From positions 128,001 through 192,000 of the forward strand of contig JBFWNL010000007.1 of assembly GCA_050251055.1 (NCBI GenBank): a stretch of DNA of 64,000 nt, in the 5' to 3' direction. The notes beneath the pieces were generated by a model, which was not told where the DNA came from, ran no database searches, and was given only the letters and a program-made list of their open reading frames with translations. This document shows positions 27,888 through 38,068 of the stretch, piece after piece; the first letter of the stretch is position 1, and each line of letters begins with the position of its first letter. Made by a program: the position numbers and the translations under genes. The DNA is from Bacteriovoracia bacterium (GTDB lineage Bacteria > Bdellovibrionota > UBA1018 > JBFWNL01).

Positions 27888-28379
27888 ATGAAATCAGAAT
27901 CGAAGATGGATATTGGAATTGAAGAAAAAGACCGCAAACAGATCGCGGACGGCTTGTCGCGGATGCTCGCCGACTCGTACACGCTCTATCTGAAGACGCA
28001 TAAATTTCACTGGAACGTCACAGGCCCGAGCTTTAACTCGTTGCACGCGATGTTCGAGAAGCAGTATCAGGAGCTGGCGCTAGCCGTAGACGAGATCGCT
28101 GAACGCATCCGCGCCCTGGGATTCATGGCGCCGGGGAGCTACCACGAGTTCCTCGAGCTTTCCTCCATCAAGGAGGAGCGCGGGGCGCTCGATGCGAAGT
28201 CGATGATTCGCATCCTGCTCGAAGGGCAAGAGGCCGTGGTGCGCACGGCCCGGAAAGTTTTCCCGGTGGTGGATCAAAATCACGACCAACCCTCAGCCGA
28301 CCTGCTGACTCGCCGCATGGAAACGCACGAAAAAACGGCGTGGATGCTGCGGAGTTTGCTGGAGAATGAACATCGCTAA
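27888..28379 (+). CDS. dps: Dps DNA-protecting ferritin
   Basis: KTHKFHWNVTG, LHAMFE, DEIAERI and HEKTAWML motifs. Confidence 0.95.
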   Translation: MKSESKMDIGIEEKDRKQIADGLSRMLADSYTLYLKTHKFHWNVTGPSFNSLHAMFEKQYQELALAVDEIAERIRALGFMAPGSYHEFLELSSIKEERGALDAKSMIRILLEGQEAVVRTARKVFPVVDQNHDQPSADLLTRRMETHEKTAWMLRSLLENEHR

Positions 28380-28483
28380 TGCGGGTGGATCGAATCGAGC
28401 AAATTGACGCGCGGGATTAGGTATTTTCGGTATTCAAATCCATCCTCTTGATTTACTCACTTCTGGGTAACCGGGAGGATGGG

Positions 28484-30421
28484 TTGAAGCCGTATCGTCT
28501 ATTCACGTTCGTCTTGTTTTCTGGGGTGCTCGCCTGCGGAAAGCTTACCGAAAAAGAAGCCGCGTTTCTTCCGCTACCCCCGTCGGTCGGCGAATCTTCC
28601 GAGGCTCCGGCCTGGCCGGAAACATGTGGTTCACTACCGTTGTCGGTGAGCGATCTCGCCCGGACCACCCAGACTCCAGACGCTTCTCCGCTGGAATCTC
28701 CTCCGGTGGATTGGGAAAAGCGTCGCTGGCTTGAGAAAACCGTGCGGTCCCTTCGCGCCGGTAGGGGGTTTGACAAGGAAGACGATATTCAGGCGTGGCT
28801 GAAGCTCAGCCGTGAGCAAGTCATCGACCGATTGATGAAGGACCCGCGCTTCATTGACGCCGTCTATGAATTCAATCTCTATTTCTTGGGAGAGAAGCGT
28901 GGTGGGTTTGCGATCAACCCGGACGCCGTCCAGGCCGCTACCTCCGCGCTTTCCGTGCACCAAGGCTGCCGTTACCTATCGTTCTTCGACTACTCGCATC
29001 CCTATTATCCGCAAGCCCTCCAGGATCCCGCGCGCATGACGGATGAGGAGTTAAAGCTCCCGCGCATGGAGTTGCGCCGGCGTCGTATCGCCGACGCGAA
29101 CTTGTTGATCGAAACCGTGGTGGTGCAGGCCCGCGCGAACCCGGATCTCGTGCCCAAGGAGTTTTGCGCGCAGCAGATGAACGGCCTCTTCGGCACGCTC
29201 TTTCTGCCGGGATACGGAAGTCTATTCGAGATTGTTATTCGGTACATCGACCCGCTTTTTGAGTTGTGCGCCTCTTCGTCGACCACGCCCGCGGAGCTCG
29301 TGGCCGCGCTCGAGCTTTTTCGACGCCAGATAGGGAATTTTTTTGAAATCGGGCTCGCCTACGATCCCGCCGCCTACGATCCGAAACGTGTCGTGGACCT
29401 GCGCCCGATTTTCCCGGAACAGGTCGGATTGCCGAAGAATTCCTTTACCCAGATGACCTCGAACGTCCGCAACACGCTGACGAATTCATCGACGAACTAC
29501 AATCGTAAACGGGCCGCGAGCTATTTGAAGCGCTTTTTCTGCGACGACCTCACCCCCATTAACGTGGAGAATCCCACCGACCATACCAAGGGACAGCATG
29601 GATCCAACCCGGCGTGCTTTTCCTGTCATTATAAACTCGATCCCATGGCGGGCTTTTTTAAAGATTTCGGACAGCAGTTCAAGGATTTCTCGAGTTCGGA
29701 AACCATAACTTTCGACGACATGGCTACGGTCAACCGTTCGTCGTACCAAGACTCGTGGCGGGCGCCGCCCGCCGCCGGACGCGAGTGGAATATCGGGTAT
29801 GTGCGCTCGGTCACCGACGAAAGCTTGAACGACTACGCGACTTCGTTGCCGGATCTTTTCCGTATTATTCAGACGGCGCCGGAGGTTAAGCGTTGCGTGG
29901 TGAAGCGCATGTTCGAGTACTTCGTGGCCGAGGATCAGGCGATCGACGGCGGTTATTTGGACTACTTGGCTAGTGAGTTTATCGAGAACTCAAAGATCAA
30001 CTCGGCCGAGGCATTCAAGCTCACTACCGCGCGACTGCTCTTGAGCCGAAGTTTTCAGGAACCCGATCTAGTGCCCGATCAATGCTACGACTACGCTCCG
30101 GGGTACGACTCGAAGGGCGCTCCTCCCTGTCAGGTCGCTTTCCTGCTGCGCAGGCATTGCGTGAGCTGTCACGGACCAGATGGTGGCGCTTTCGGTGGCC
30201 TCGATCTTTCGCGTTGGGTGAAGGGGCCAGACGGTCGCTTCACCTTCCCGCATTTGAACGATGAGGATGAACAACGTCCGCTCGGGGAGACTTTTACTCG
30301 TATCATAAATCGGCTTTCAACCAGCAATCCGGATCGGCGCATGCCCTTGCGCAAACACATGGACGCGGGCGACCGTGAGAAACTCTACCTGTGGGCGAAC
30401 GGGATGGTGAAGCATGAATAA
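28484..30421 (+). CDS. Lipoprotein with two c-type heme motifs
   Basis: GGAGG RBS then TTG start; lipobox VLAC; CFSCH (29615-29629) followed by KLDP; CVSCH (30158-30172) followed by RMP, as in planctomycete-type cytochrome c domains. Confidence 0.75.
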   Translation: MKPYRLFTFVLFSGVLACGKLTEKEAAFLPLPPSVGESSEAPAWPETCGSLPLSVSDLARTTQTPDASPLESPPVDWEKRRWLEKTVRSLRAGRGFDKEDDIQAWLKLSREQVIDRLMKDPRFIDAVYEFNLYFLGEKRGGFAINPDAVQAATSALSVHQGCRYLSFFDYSHPYYPQALQDPARMTDEELKLPRMELRRRRIADANLLIETVVVQARANPDLVPKEFCAQQMNGLFGTLFLPGYGSLFEIVIRYIDPLFELCASSSTTPAELVAALELFRRQIGNFFEIGLAYDPAAYDPKRVVDLRPIFPEQVGLPKNSFTQMTSNVRNTLTNSSTNYNRKRAASYLKRFFCDDLTPINVENPTDHTKGQHGSNPACFSCHYKLDPMAGFFKDFGQQFKDFSSSETITFDDMATVNRSSYQDSWRAPPAAGREWNIGYVRSVTDESLNDYATSLPDLFRIIQTAPEVKRCVVKRMFEYFVAEDQAIDGGYLDYLASEFIENSKINSAEAFKLTTARLLLSRSFQEPDLVPDQCYDYAPGYDSKGAPPCQVAFLLRRHCVSCHGPDGGAFGGLDLSRWVKGPDGRFTFPHLNDEDEQRPLGETFTRIINRLSTSNPDRRMPLRKHMDAGDREKLYLWANGMVKHE

Positions 30422-31055
30422 GGCATTGATCGGAATCGCTTCTCTCTTTTTGCTTTTAGCGGGCAAGCCACTGTCGGCGAGTACGGAGGTAGTCGCCAAT
30501 TTCCGCGGCCATCAGGTGATTGCGCAACTGTTACGGGACCGCTTTTTGACCGCGGGGGCTAAGCCCTGGCAGTTTTCGATGTATTTGAGTGACGACTCTG
30601 GAATGCCGTCGGATCCTTCGATGGGCGGCTTGGGATCTTTACTCGACCTCATGGGTACCCTAGGCGGAGGCCCGTTGAATAGCCGCTTTCAAAACGGCCA
30701 AGCCAATGCGGTGAACTCCCTGCTCTGGCACCTGGTGTTGAGCGGGGTGGCGGAGGACCTAGGCAGCATTTGCGACGGTGGCCGTAAGCGGGGTTTTAAT
30801 CCGGAAGACTTGAAAGGGGAAGTTCGGAACCGCGTTATGGTAGCCTGTCCCTGGCCCGCGCCCGAAGCCAAGACCGATGCTGTGCTCTTGGATTTTTGGC
30901 TGACCGTGATGTCTTACGATGCGCCTTACTCGGAATTCGAAGCCTGGCGTGATTTCGTCCGCAGTGGAGCTTTAGATGGTTTGCATGATAAGTACGCCGT
31001 CCGAGAGCTCGCTTACGCGATCTTATTCAACCCTCATTTCCTGGTGACCAAATGA
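30414..31055 (+). CDS. Secreted hypothetical protein, coupled in operon
   Basis: Signal peptide, overlaps both neighbours, C-terminal AILFNPHFL. Confidence 0.75.
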   Translation: MNKALIGIASLFLLLAGKPLSASTEVVANFRGHQVIAQLLRDRFLTAGAKPWQFSMYLSDDSGMPSDPSMGGLGSLLDLMGTLGGGPLNSRFQNGQANAVNSLLWHLVLSGVAEDLGSICDGGRKRGFNPEDLKGEVRNRVMVACPWPAPEAKTDAVLLDFWLTVMSYDAPYSEFEAWRDFVRSGALDGLHDKYAVRELAYAILFNPHFLVTK

Positions 31056-32449
31056 TGAACCGCCGCGAATTCGTGCAAGTCGGCATCGCCGGTCTGGGGA
31101 GCCTGATGATTCCGCGTTGGGCATTCGCCTTTGGCAATGCTCCCGCGCCGGGCTTGGAGAAAGACCCTCATTTCTTCCTGCAGATTTACGTCGATGGTGG
31201 AATGGATCCTACCTACCTTTTCGATGCGCGTCCCTTGGCCATGACCCAGGCGGGCAAACTGCAGAACTATCTGGGTGAGGAGCCCAAGCTTTGGGAAGGC
31301 GTGAATGGCGGAAAGTGCTGGGCGACGAAGCTCACCGACAAGCTCGTTCCTTTCCGCGAACGGTTTTCTATCGTCAATGGTGTGCAGATGTCCTTAGGCT
31401 TCGATGGCCATGGCCAGAACGTCAATTATCTGCTCACCGGCGATCCGTTCGGGGGGGATTCGTTCATTCCTCATTTGAATTTGTACGGTCGTATGGGAGA
31501 AGGGCGGGACGCCGTCTATCTCATCGATGCGGTTCAGTCAGGAACGGTCTATGCGGATGTCCGCAATGACGGCAAGACGATCCCGCTTTCGGCTGACGCG
31601 GTGACGAAGTTTGTCGCCAAACTCAAGTCATCCGCACCGCTCGATATCGATAGTCCGGTGAGTCGTTTCTTGAGCTCCCGCATGGAAGCCAACGCCCGGG
31701 GCGCGGGTCGATTCTCTCGGGCGGCGGCGGCCATGCAGCTTGGGTTCACGAATGCGCCCACGCTCGTCGAGCTCTTGAAGAATGCCAGCGTCGAGGCGGA
31801 CCCAAAAGACTCCGGCGAGTTGCGCTTCGTGAAGTTAGTCGGGGAGCTGTTCCGGCGTGGTCTCATGCGTTCGGCGATTTTGGTTCCCCAGGTGGGTTTG
31901 GTGGATACACATGATGGCGGCAGCGCTAAGCAGCAGCCAGAGCTCTACGAGAAGGTATCGTCGGTCATCGCCACGATCCTCCAATCCCTTCAGGCGCTGC
32001 CCTACGACGAAAAACGATCCCTACTGGACGTGACCACGATCATGGTTTCAAGTGAGTTCGGTCGAACGATGCGTCAGGAAGGCCTGGCTATCGATAAAAC
32101 GGGCACGGACCACAATCCGTTGACCAACACGATCTTATTAGGCGGAAAGGGGATTCGCGGGGGCTGCGTCTTCGGTGCTTCCGATTTCCAAACCCCAGAC
32201 GAGAAACTTTCGCCCGTTCATCAATCCTTCGATCCCCAAAAGCTGAAGCTGATGGGCCGTCCGTTTGACTTTACCTCGATGTCGGCGCGGGACGATTTGC
32301 CAAAGACTTATAAAGCCTCCGACTATCTGGGAATGTCTTCGGTTGCGAACACGGTCTATGCGCTTTTCGGTGTACCCGAGAAGTATCATCGGCTGTTGGC
32401 CCGAAACGAGCCCCCGGCCCCGATTTTGAGCAAGCTACTTACCCTGTAA
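31052..32449 (+). CDS. DUF1501 family Tat-exported protein
   Basis: NRREFV Tat signal; GGMD, DTH, SEFGRT and GTDH motifs. Confidence 0.88.
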   Translation: MMNRREFVQVGIAGLGSLMIPRWAFAFGNAPAPGLEKDPHFFLQIYVDGGMDPTYLFDARPLAMTQAGKLQNYLGEEPKLWEGVNGGKCWATKLTDKLVPFRERFSIVNGVQMSLGFDGHGQNVNYLLTGDPFGGDSFIPHLNLYGRMGEGRDAVYLIDAVQSGTVYADVRNDGKTIPLSADAVTKFVAKLKSSAPLDIDSPVSRFLSSRMEANARGAGRFSRAAAAMQLGFTNAPTLVELLKNASVEADPKDSGELRFVKLVGELFRRGLMRSAILVPQVGLVDTHDGGSAKQQPELYEKVSSVIATILQSLQALPYDEKRSLLDVTTIMVSSEFGRTMRQEGLAIDKTGTDHNPLTNTILLGGKGIRGGCVFGASDFQTPDEKLSPVHQSFDPQKLKLMGRPFDFTSMSARDDLPKTYKASDYLGMSSVANTVYALFGVPEKYHRLLARNEPPAPILSKLLTL

Positions 32450-32514
32450 ATACCGCTTAGCGTTAGGGCTGAGTCGGCTTGTTTTGCTCACCGCGTTCCG
32501 GTATGAAATCGGGA

Positions 32515-34125
32515 ATGAAAACCAATAAAAAACAGGCTTTTTGGGTGGGGATTTTGGGTTCCGTTTTCGCGCTGACGTTCGTGGCCGGTCCCGCCCACGC
32601 GGCGAAGACGCTCGTCTATTGTTCGGAAGGCAGCCCGAGTACTTTTAATCCTCAGATCGCCACCGACGGGACGACTTATACTAACACTTCCGCGATCTAT
32701 AACCGCTTGGTTGAGTTTAAGTATGGCGAAACCTCGGTGGAGCCGATGCTCGCGGAAAGCTGGTCGACGTCCAAAGACGGCATGACCTACACCTTTAAAC
32801 TCCGTAAGGGCGTGAAGTTCCAGACCACCGCCTATTTCACGCCGACGCGCGAGTTCAATGCCGATGACGTTCTCTTCACTTTTAATCGGCAGCGTCTGAA
32901 GGATCATCCTTTCCACAAGGTGAGTGGGGGGTCTTACGAGTACTTCGACTCGATGGAAATGGGGCGGATCATCAAGGACATCGTAAAAGTCGACGCCCAC
33001 ACCGTGAAGTTCGTGCTCTCGCAGGCCGAAGCCCCGTTCCTCGCGAACCTGGCGATGGATTTCGCGAGCATTCTCTCCGCCGAATACGGTGATACCCTCA
33101 TGAAGGCGGGCAAACCCGAAAAGATGGACATCGAGCCGGTGGGCACGGGGCCGTTCACTTTCGTGCGTTACGACAAGGACCAGTCGGTCCGCTATAAGAC
33201 CAACCCGGACTACTTCAAAGGCCGCGCGAAGTTTGACCAACTCGTGTTCTCGATTACGCAAGATCCGTCGGTCCGCTTCCAAAAGCTCAAAACCGGTGAG
33301 TGTAACCTCGTGACTGAACCCGCCCCGCAAGATTTGAAGGCGATGTCGGCGGACCCGAAGCTGCAGGTGATGCAGGCGCCGGGCCTCAATGTCGGCTATC
33401 TCGCGATGAACGTCGAGAAGAAGCCCTTCAACAACCCGCTCGTCCGGCAAGCCATCAATATGGCGCTCGATCGCAAGTCGTACATCGACGCGATCTACCT
33501 GGGCAACGCGGTGATCGCCAAGAATCCGTTCCCCCCCAGCATGTGGTCGTTCAATAACTCCGTGAAGGACTACGAGCACAATCCGGCGAAGGCGAAGGAG
33601 CTTTTAGCGAAGGCGGGCCTTCCAAACGGCTTTGAGGCTGAGCTTTGGACGCTTCCCGTTTCGCGCCCTTACAATCCCAACGGTAAAAAGATGGGTGAGA
33701 TGATGCAGGCGGACCTCGCTAAGGTCGGCATTAAAGTCAAGCTCGTCACCTACGACTGGCCGACCTACCTCAAGAAGACGAAGGAAGGCGACCACCAGAT
33801 CGTGCAGATGGGCTGGACCGGCGATAACGGCGATCCGGACAACTTCATGAACGTGCTCCTGGGCTGCGCTTCCGTGAAAGCGGGAAGTAACCTCGCGCGC
33901 TGGTGTGACAAGGATTTCAACGAGCTTGTGCAGAAGGCGAAAATGACGCCCGATAAGGCCAAGCGTACGAAGTTTTACAAACAGGCGCAGGAAGAGTTCA
34001 AGAAGGCCGCCCCCTGGGTGACGCTCGCGCACTCGGTGGTTTATCGCGCCATGGGCAAGAACGTGCACGGGTTCAAGATCAATCCGTTCGGCACGGACCA
34101 GTTCCACGAAGTCGAGCTAAAGTAG
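32515..34125 (+). CDS. dppA: Dipeptide ABC transporter substrate-binding protein
   Basis: KTLVYCSEGSP, FNADDVLF, RPYNPN and GWTGDNGDPDNF motifs. Confidence 0.95.
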   Translation: MKTNKKQAFWVGILGSVFALTFVAGPAHAAKTLVYCSEGSPSTFNPQIATDGTTYTNTSAIYNRLVEFKYGETSVEPMLAESWSTSKDGMTYTFKLRKGVKFQTTAYFTPTREFNADDVLFTFNRQRLKDHPFHKVSGGSYEYFDSMEMGRIIKDIVKVDAHTVKFVLSQAEAPFLANLAMDFASILSAEYGDTLMKAGKPEKMDIEPVGTGPFTFVRYDKDQSVRYKTNPDYFKGRAKFDQLVFSITQDPSVRFQKLKTGECNLVTEPAPQDLKAMSADPKLQVMQAPGLNVGYLAMNVEKKPFNNPLVRQAINMALDRKSYIDAIYLGNAVIAKNPFPPSMWSFNNSVKDYEHNPAKAKELLAKAGLPNGFEAELWTLPVSRPYNPNGKKMGEMMQADLAKVGIKVKLVTYDWPTYLKKTKEGDHQIVQMGWTGDNGDPDNFMNVLLGCASVKAGSNLARWCDKDFNELVQKAKMTPDKAKRTKFYKQAQEEFKKAAPWVTLAHSVVYRAMGKNVHGFKINPFGTDQFHEVELK

Positions 34126-34139
34126 CCGTACGGGTATAA

Positions 34140-35153
34140 ATGATCGCCTACGTGCTCAAGCGGCTATCGGTGCTGGTGCCGACCTTTTTCGGGGTCACGA
34201 TCCTCGCGTTCGCGTTGATCCGACTGGTGCCGGGAGATCCCGTGTTGCTGATGCTCGGCGAGCGCGGGGTGCAGCCGGAAGTCTACGCCGAGATGCGCGC
34301 GGAGCTCGGGCTGGATAAGCCCATGCTGACTCAATACTTTAAGTTCGTCGGCGGGGTTTTTCAGGGCGACTTAGGCACTTCGGTCGTTTCCAAGCGGCCC
34401 GTGGTCGAGGAGTTTTGGACGCGCTTTCCGGCGACGCTGGAGCTCGGTGTGGTGGCGCTCTTTTTTGCCGTCCTCATCGGGGTCCCCTGCGGAATCGTGG
34501 CGGCGGTAAAGCGCAATTCCTGGTTTGACTACACGCTCATCGGCGCTTCGCTCGTGGGGTACTCCATGCCGATCTTTTGGTGGGGGTTGATTTTGATCCT
34601 CATTTTTTCCGTGTACTTGGGATGGACGCCCGTCTCCGGTCGGCTCGCGGTAGAGTTCGACGTGCCCCTCCGTACGGGGTTTATGCTCGTTGATTCGCTC
34701 CTGAGTGAATACCGCTGGTCTGCGTTTTGGAGTGCGCTTAAGCATTTGATCCTGCCGGCCGCTGCTCTGGGCACGATTCCGCTAGCGGTCATCTCGCGCA
34801 TTACGCGTTCGAGCCTGCTGGAGGTGATCGGCGAGGATTACATCCGTACCGCCAAGGCGAAAGGCCTCACGCATTTTCGCGTCATCTGCGTGCACGCGCT
34901 GCGGAACGCACTGATCCCGGTGATTACGGTGGTCGGCTTGCTTTTTGGCACGATCATCACGGGCGCGATTCTGACCGAGACGATCTTTTCCTGGCCGGGC
35001 ATCGGCAAGTGGCTGGTGAGGAGCGTGACCTCGCGCGACTACCCGGTAATCCAAGGCGGGATCCTCTTCATCGCGACGATGATTATCGCCATCAATATGT
35101 TCGTTGACCTACTCTATGCGTGGGTGAACCCGCGCATTCGGGAGCTAAAATGA
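34140..35153 (+). CDS. dppB: Dipeptide ABC transporter permease
   Basis: PGDPV, RFPATLEL and DYIRTAKAKG (EAA loop) motifs. Confidence 0.94.
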   Translation: MIAYVLKRLSVLVPTFFGVTILAFALIRLVPGDPVLLMLGERGVQPEVYAEMRAELGLDKPMLTQYFKFVGGVFQGDLGTSVVSKRPVVEEFWTRFPATLELGVVALFFAVLIGVPCGIVAAVKRNSWFDYTLIGASLVGYSMPIFWWGLILILIFSVYLGWTPVSGRLAVEFDVPLRTGFMLVDSLLSEYRWSAFWSALKHLILPAAALGTIPLAVISRITRSSLLEVIGEDYIRTAKAKGLTHFRVICVHALRNALIPVITVVGLLFGTIITGAILTETIFSWPGIGKWLVRSVTSRDYPVIQGGILFIATMIIAINMFVDLLYAWVNPRIRELK

Positions 35154-36082
35154 GCGGCGCGGCGGCAACCCCCAATCGGATAGAGGACGCCACCGTGGCC
35201 CAGCCGGGTTTTTGGCTCCAGGCCTTGAGTGGGCTCCGCGAGTTCTGGTATTTTTTCCGGCAAAACCGTGGCGCGGTGATCGGGCTCGTGCTGATCGTCT
35301 GTTTCGTCGGGTTGGCGATCCTGGCCCCGCTGCTCGCGCCGGCGGATCCCGCGGAAATTTTCGCGGGTAAGTTGCGGCTCGCGCCGGTCTGGGGAGAGGG
35401 CGGGAGCTGGGAGCATCCGCTCGGAACCGACGATGTCGGTCGCGATCAGCTGAGCCGCTTGCTCTACGGCGCGCGCGTTTCGCTCGGCGTGGGGTTTCTC
35501 GTCGTGTGCATCTCGATGAGCGTCGGCACTTTGATTGGCCTGATTTCCGGCTACTTTGGGGGCTGGTTCGATCGGTTCGCCATGCGCGGAGTGGATATTT
35601 TGATGTCCTTGCCCAGCATCTTGCTGGCCATCGTGGTGGTTTCCATTCTGGGCCCAAGTCTTCTCAACGCCATTCTCGCGGTGAGTATCGTGACCATTCC
35701 AACCTTCATCCGCCAAGTGCGTGCATCGGTGCTAGCCGAAAAGCCGCGCCAGTATGTGACCGCCTCGCGTAGTTTCGGCGCTGGCCACTTTCGCCAGATT
35801 TTCTTTAACATTCTTCCAAACTGCATGGCCCCGCTGATCGTGCAAGCGACGCTGGGATTCAGTGATGGCATTCTCAATGCCGCGGCGCTAGGTTTTCTAG
35901 GATTGGGCGCGCAACCCCCGACGGCGGAGTGGGGGACGATGCTCGCCGATTCGCGCGCGTTCATCGAGAGCGCGCCATCGCTCGTGACGTTGCCGGGCGT
36001 TTGCATATTGACGACCGTACTGGGTTTTAATCTTTTCGGCGACGGACTGCGCGACGCGTTTGATCCACGATTGAGGAAGTGA
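35150..36082 (+). CDS. dppC: Dipeptide ABC transporter permease
   Basis: HPLGTDDVGRD and GDGLRDAFDP motifs; ATGA overlap with dppB. Confidence 0.94.
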   Translation: MSGAAATPNRIEDATVAQPGFWLQALSGLREFWYFFRQNRGAVIGLVLIVCFVGLAILAPLLAPADPAEIFAGKLRLAPVWGEGGSWEHPLGTDDVGRDQLSRLLYGARVSLGVGFLVVCISMSVGTLIGLISGYFGGWFDRFAMRGVDILMSLPSILLAIVVVSILGPSLLNAILAVSIVTIPTFIRQVRASVLAEKPRQYVTASRSFGAGHFRQIFFNILPNCMAPLIVQATLGFSDGILNAAALGFLGLGAQPPTAEWGTMLADSRAFIESAPSLVTLPGVCILTTVLGFNLFGDGLRDAFDPRLRK

Positions 36083-36083
36083 C

Positions 36084-37084
<1,001 letters not shown>

Positions 37085-37088
<4 letters not shown>

Positions 37089-38056
37089 GCGAGGCCACTT
37101 CTATGCCGAGCCGGCCATTGTTGGAAGCGACCGGCCTGCAGAAGCATTATCCGGTAAAAAAGTTCCTCAAAACGGTGGGCACCGTGAAGGCCTTGAGCGG
37201 CGTTTCGTTCTCCGTGGGGGAGCGAGAAACCTTGGCGGTCGTCGGGGAATCCGGCTGTGGAAAAACCACGCTCGCTAAGTTGTTGATGCGCATTGAAGCA
37301 GCCACGGCCGGGGAGGTGAAGATCGCCGGCCGGGACGTGAACGCGCTCTCGCCGACCGATTTCCGCAAACAAATTCAGATGATTTTCCAGGACCCCTATA
37401 GCTCGATTAATCCGCGTAAGCGGGCCTGGCAGATCATCTCGGAGCCACTGCGCATCAATACCCGCGCGACCCGCGCCGAGTGCCGGGCGGCCGCGATCGA
37501 GGCGATGCTGAAGGTGGGCCTACGCCCCGAGTACGCGGATCGTTATCCGCACATGTTCAGCGGGGGCCAGCGTCAGCGCATCGGCATCGCCCGCGCGCTG
37601 ATTCTGCGCCCGAGGATCATCATCTGCGACGAGCCCGTTTCGGCGCTCGACGTGTCGATTCAGGCGCAGGTTTTGAACCTGTTGATCGAGCTGCAACGGG
37701 AGATGGGGCTAAGCTACATTTTTATTTCCCACGATCTCTCCGTGGTCCGGCATATCGCGGATCAGGTGATGGTGGTGTACCTGGGCAAAGTCGTGGAGTT
37801 CGGGCGCAAGCGCGACGTCTTCGGCCAGCCGAAGCACCCGTACACGCAGATCTTGTTGGGGAGCGCGGCGAAAATCGGGGAGAAAATCGATTTGCAAAAG
37901 ACGCTGGCGCGCGGCGAGCTGCCTTCGCCCATGAATCCGCCCCCGGGGTGCGCGTTTCACAAGCGCTGCCCGAAGGCGACCGAGCTTTGCGCGCGCGAAG
38001 TACCGGCGCTGCGCGAGCTACGGGGCGTGCAGGTTGCGTGTCACTTTGCCGAATAG
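37085..38056 (+). CDS. dppF: Dipeptide ABC transporter ATPase
   Basis: GESGCGKT, YPHMFSGGQRQR and DEPVSALD motifs. Confidence 0.94.
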
Positions 38057-38068
38057 GACCGTGTTTGC

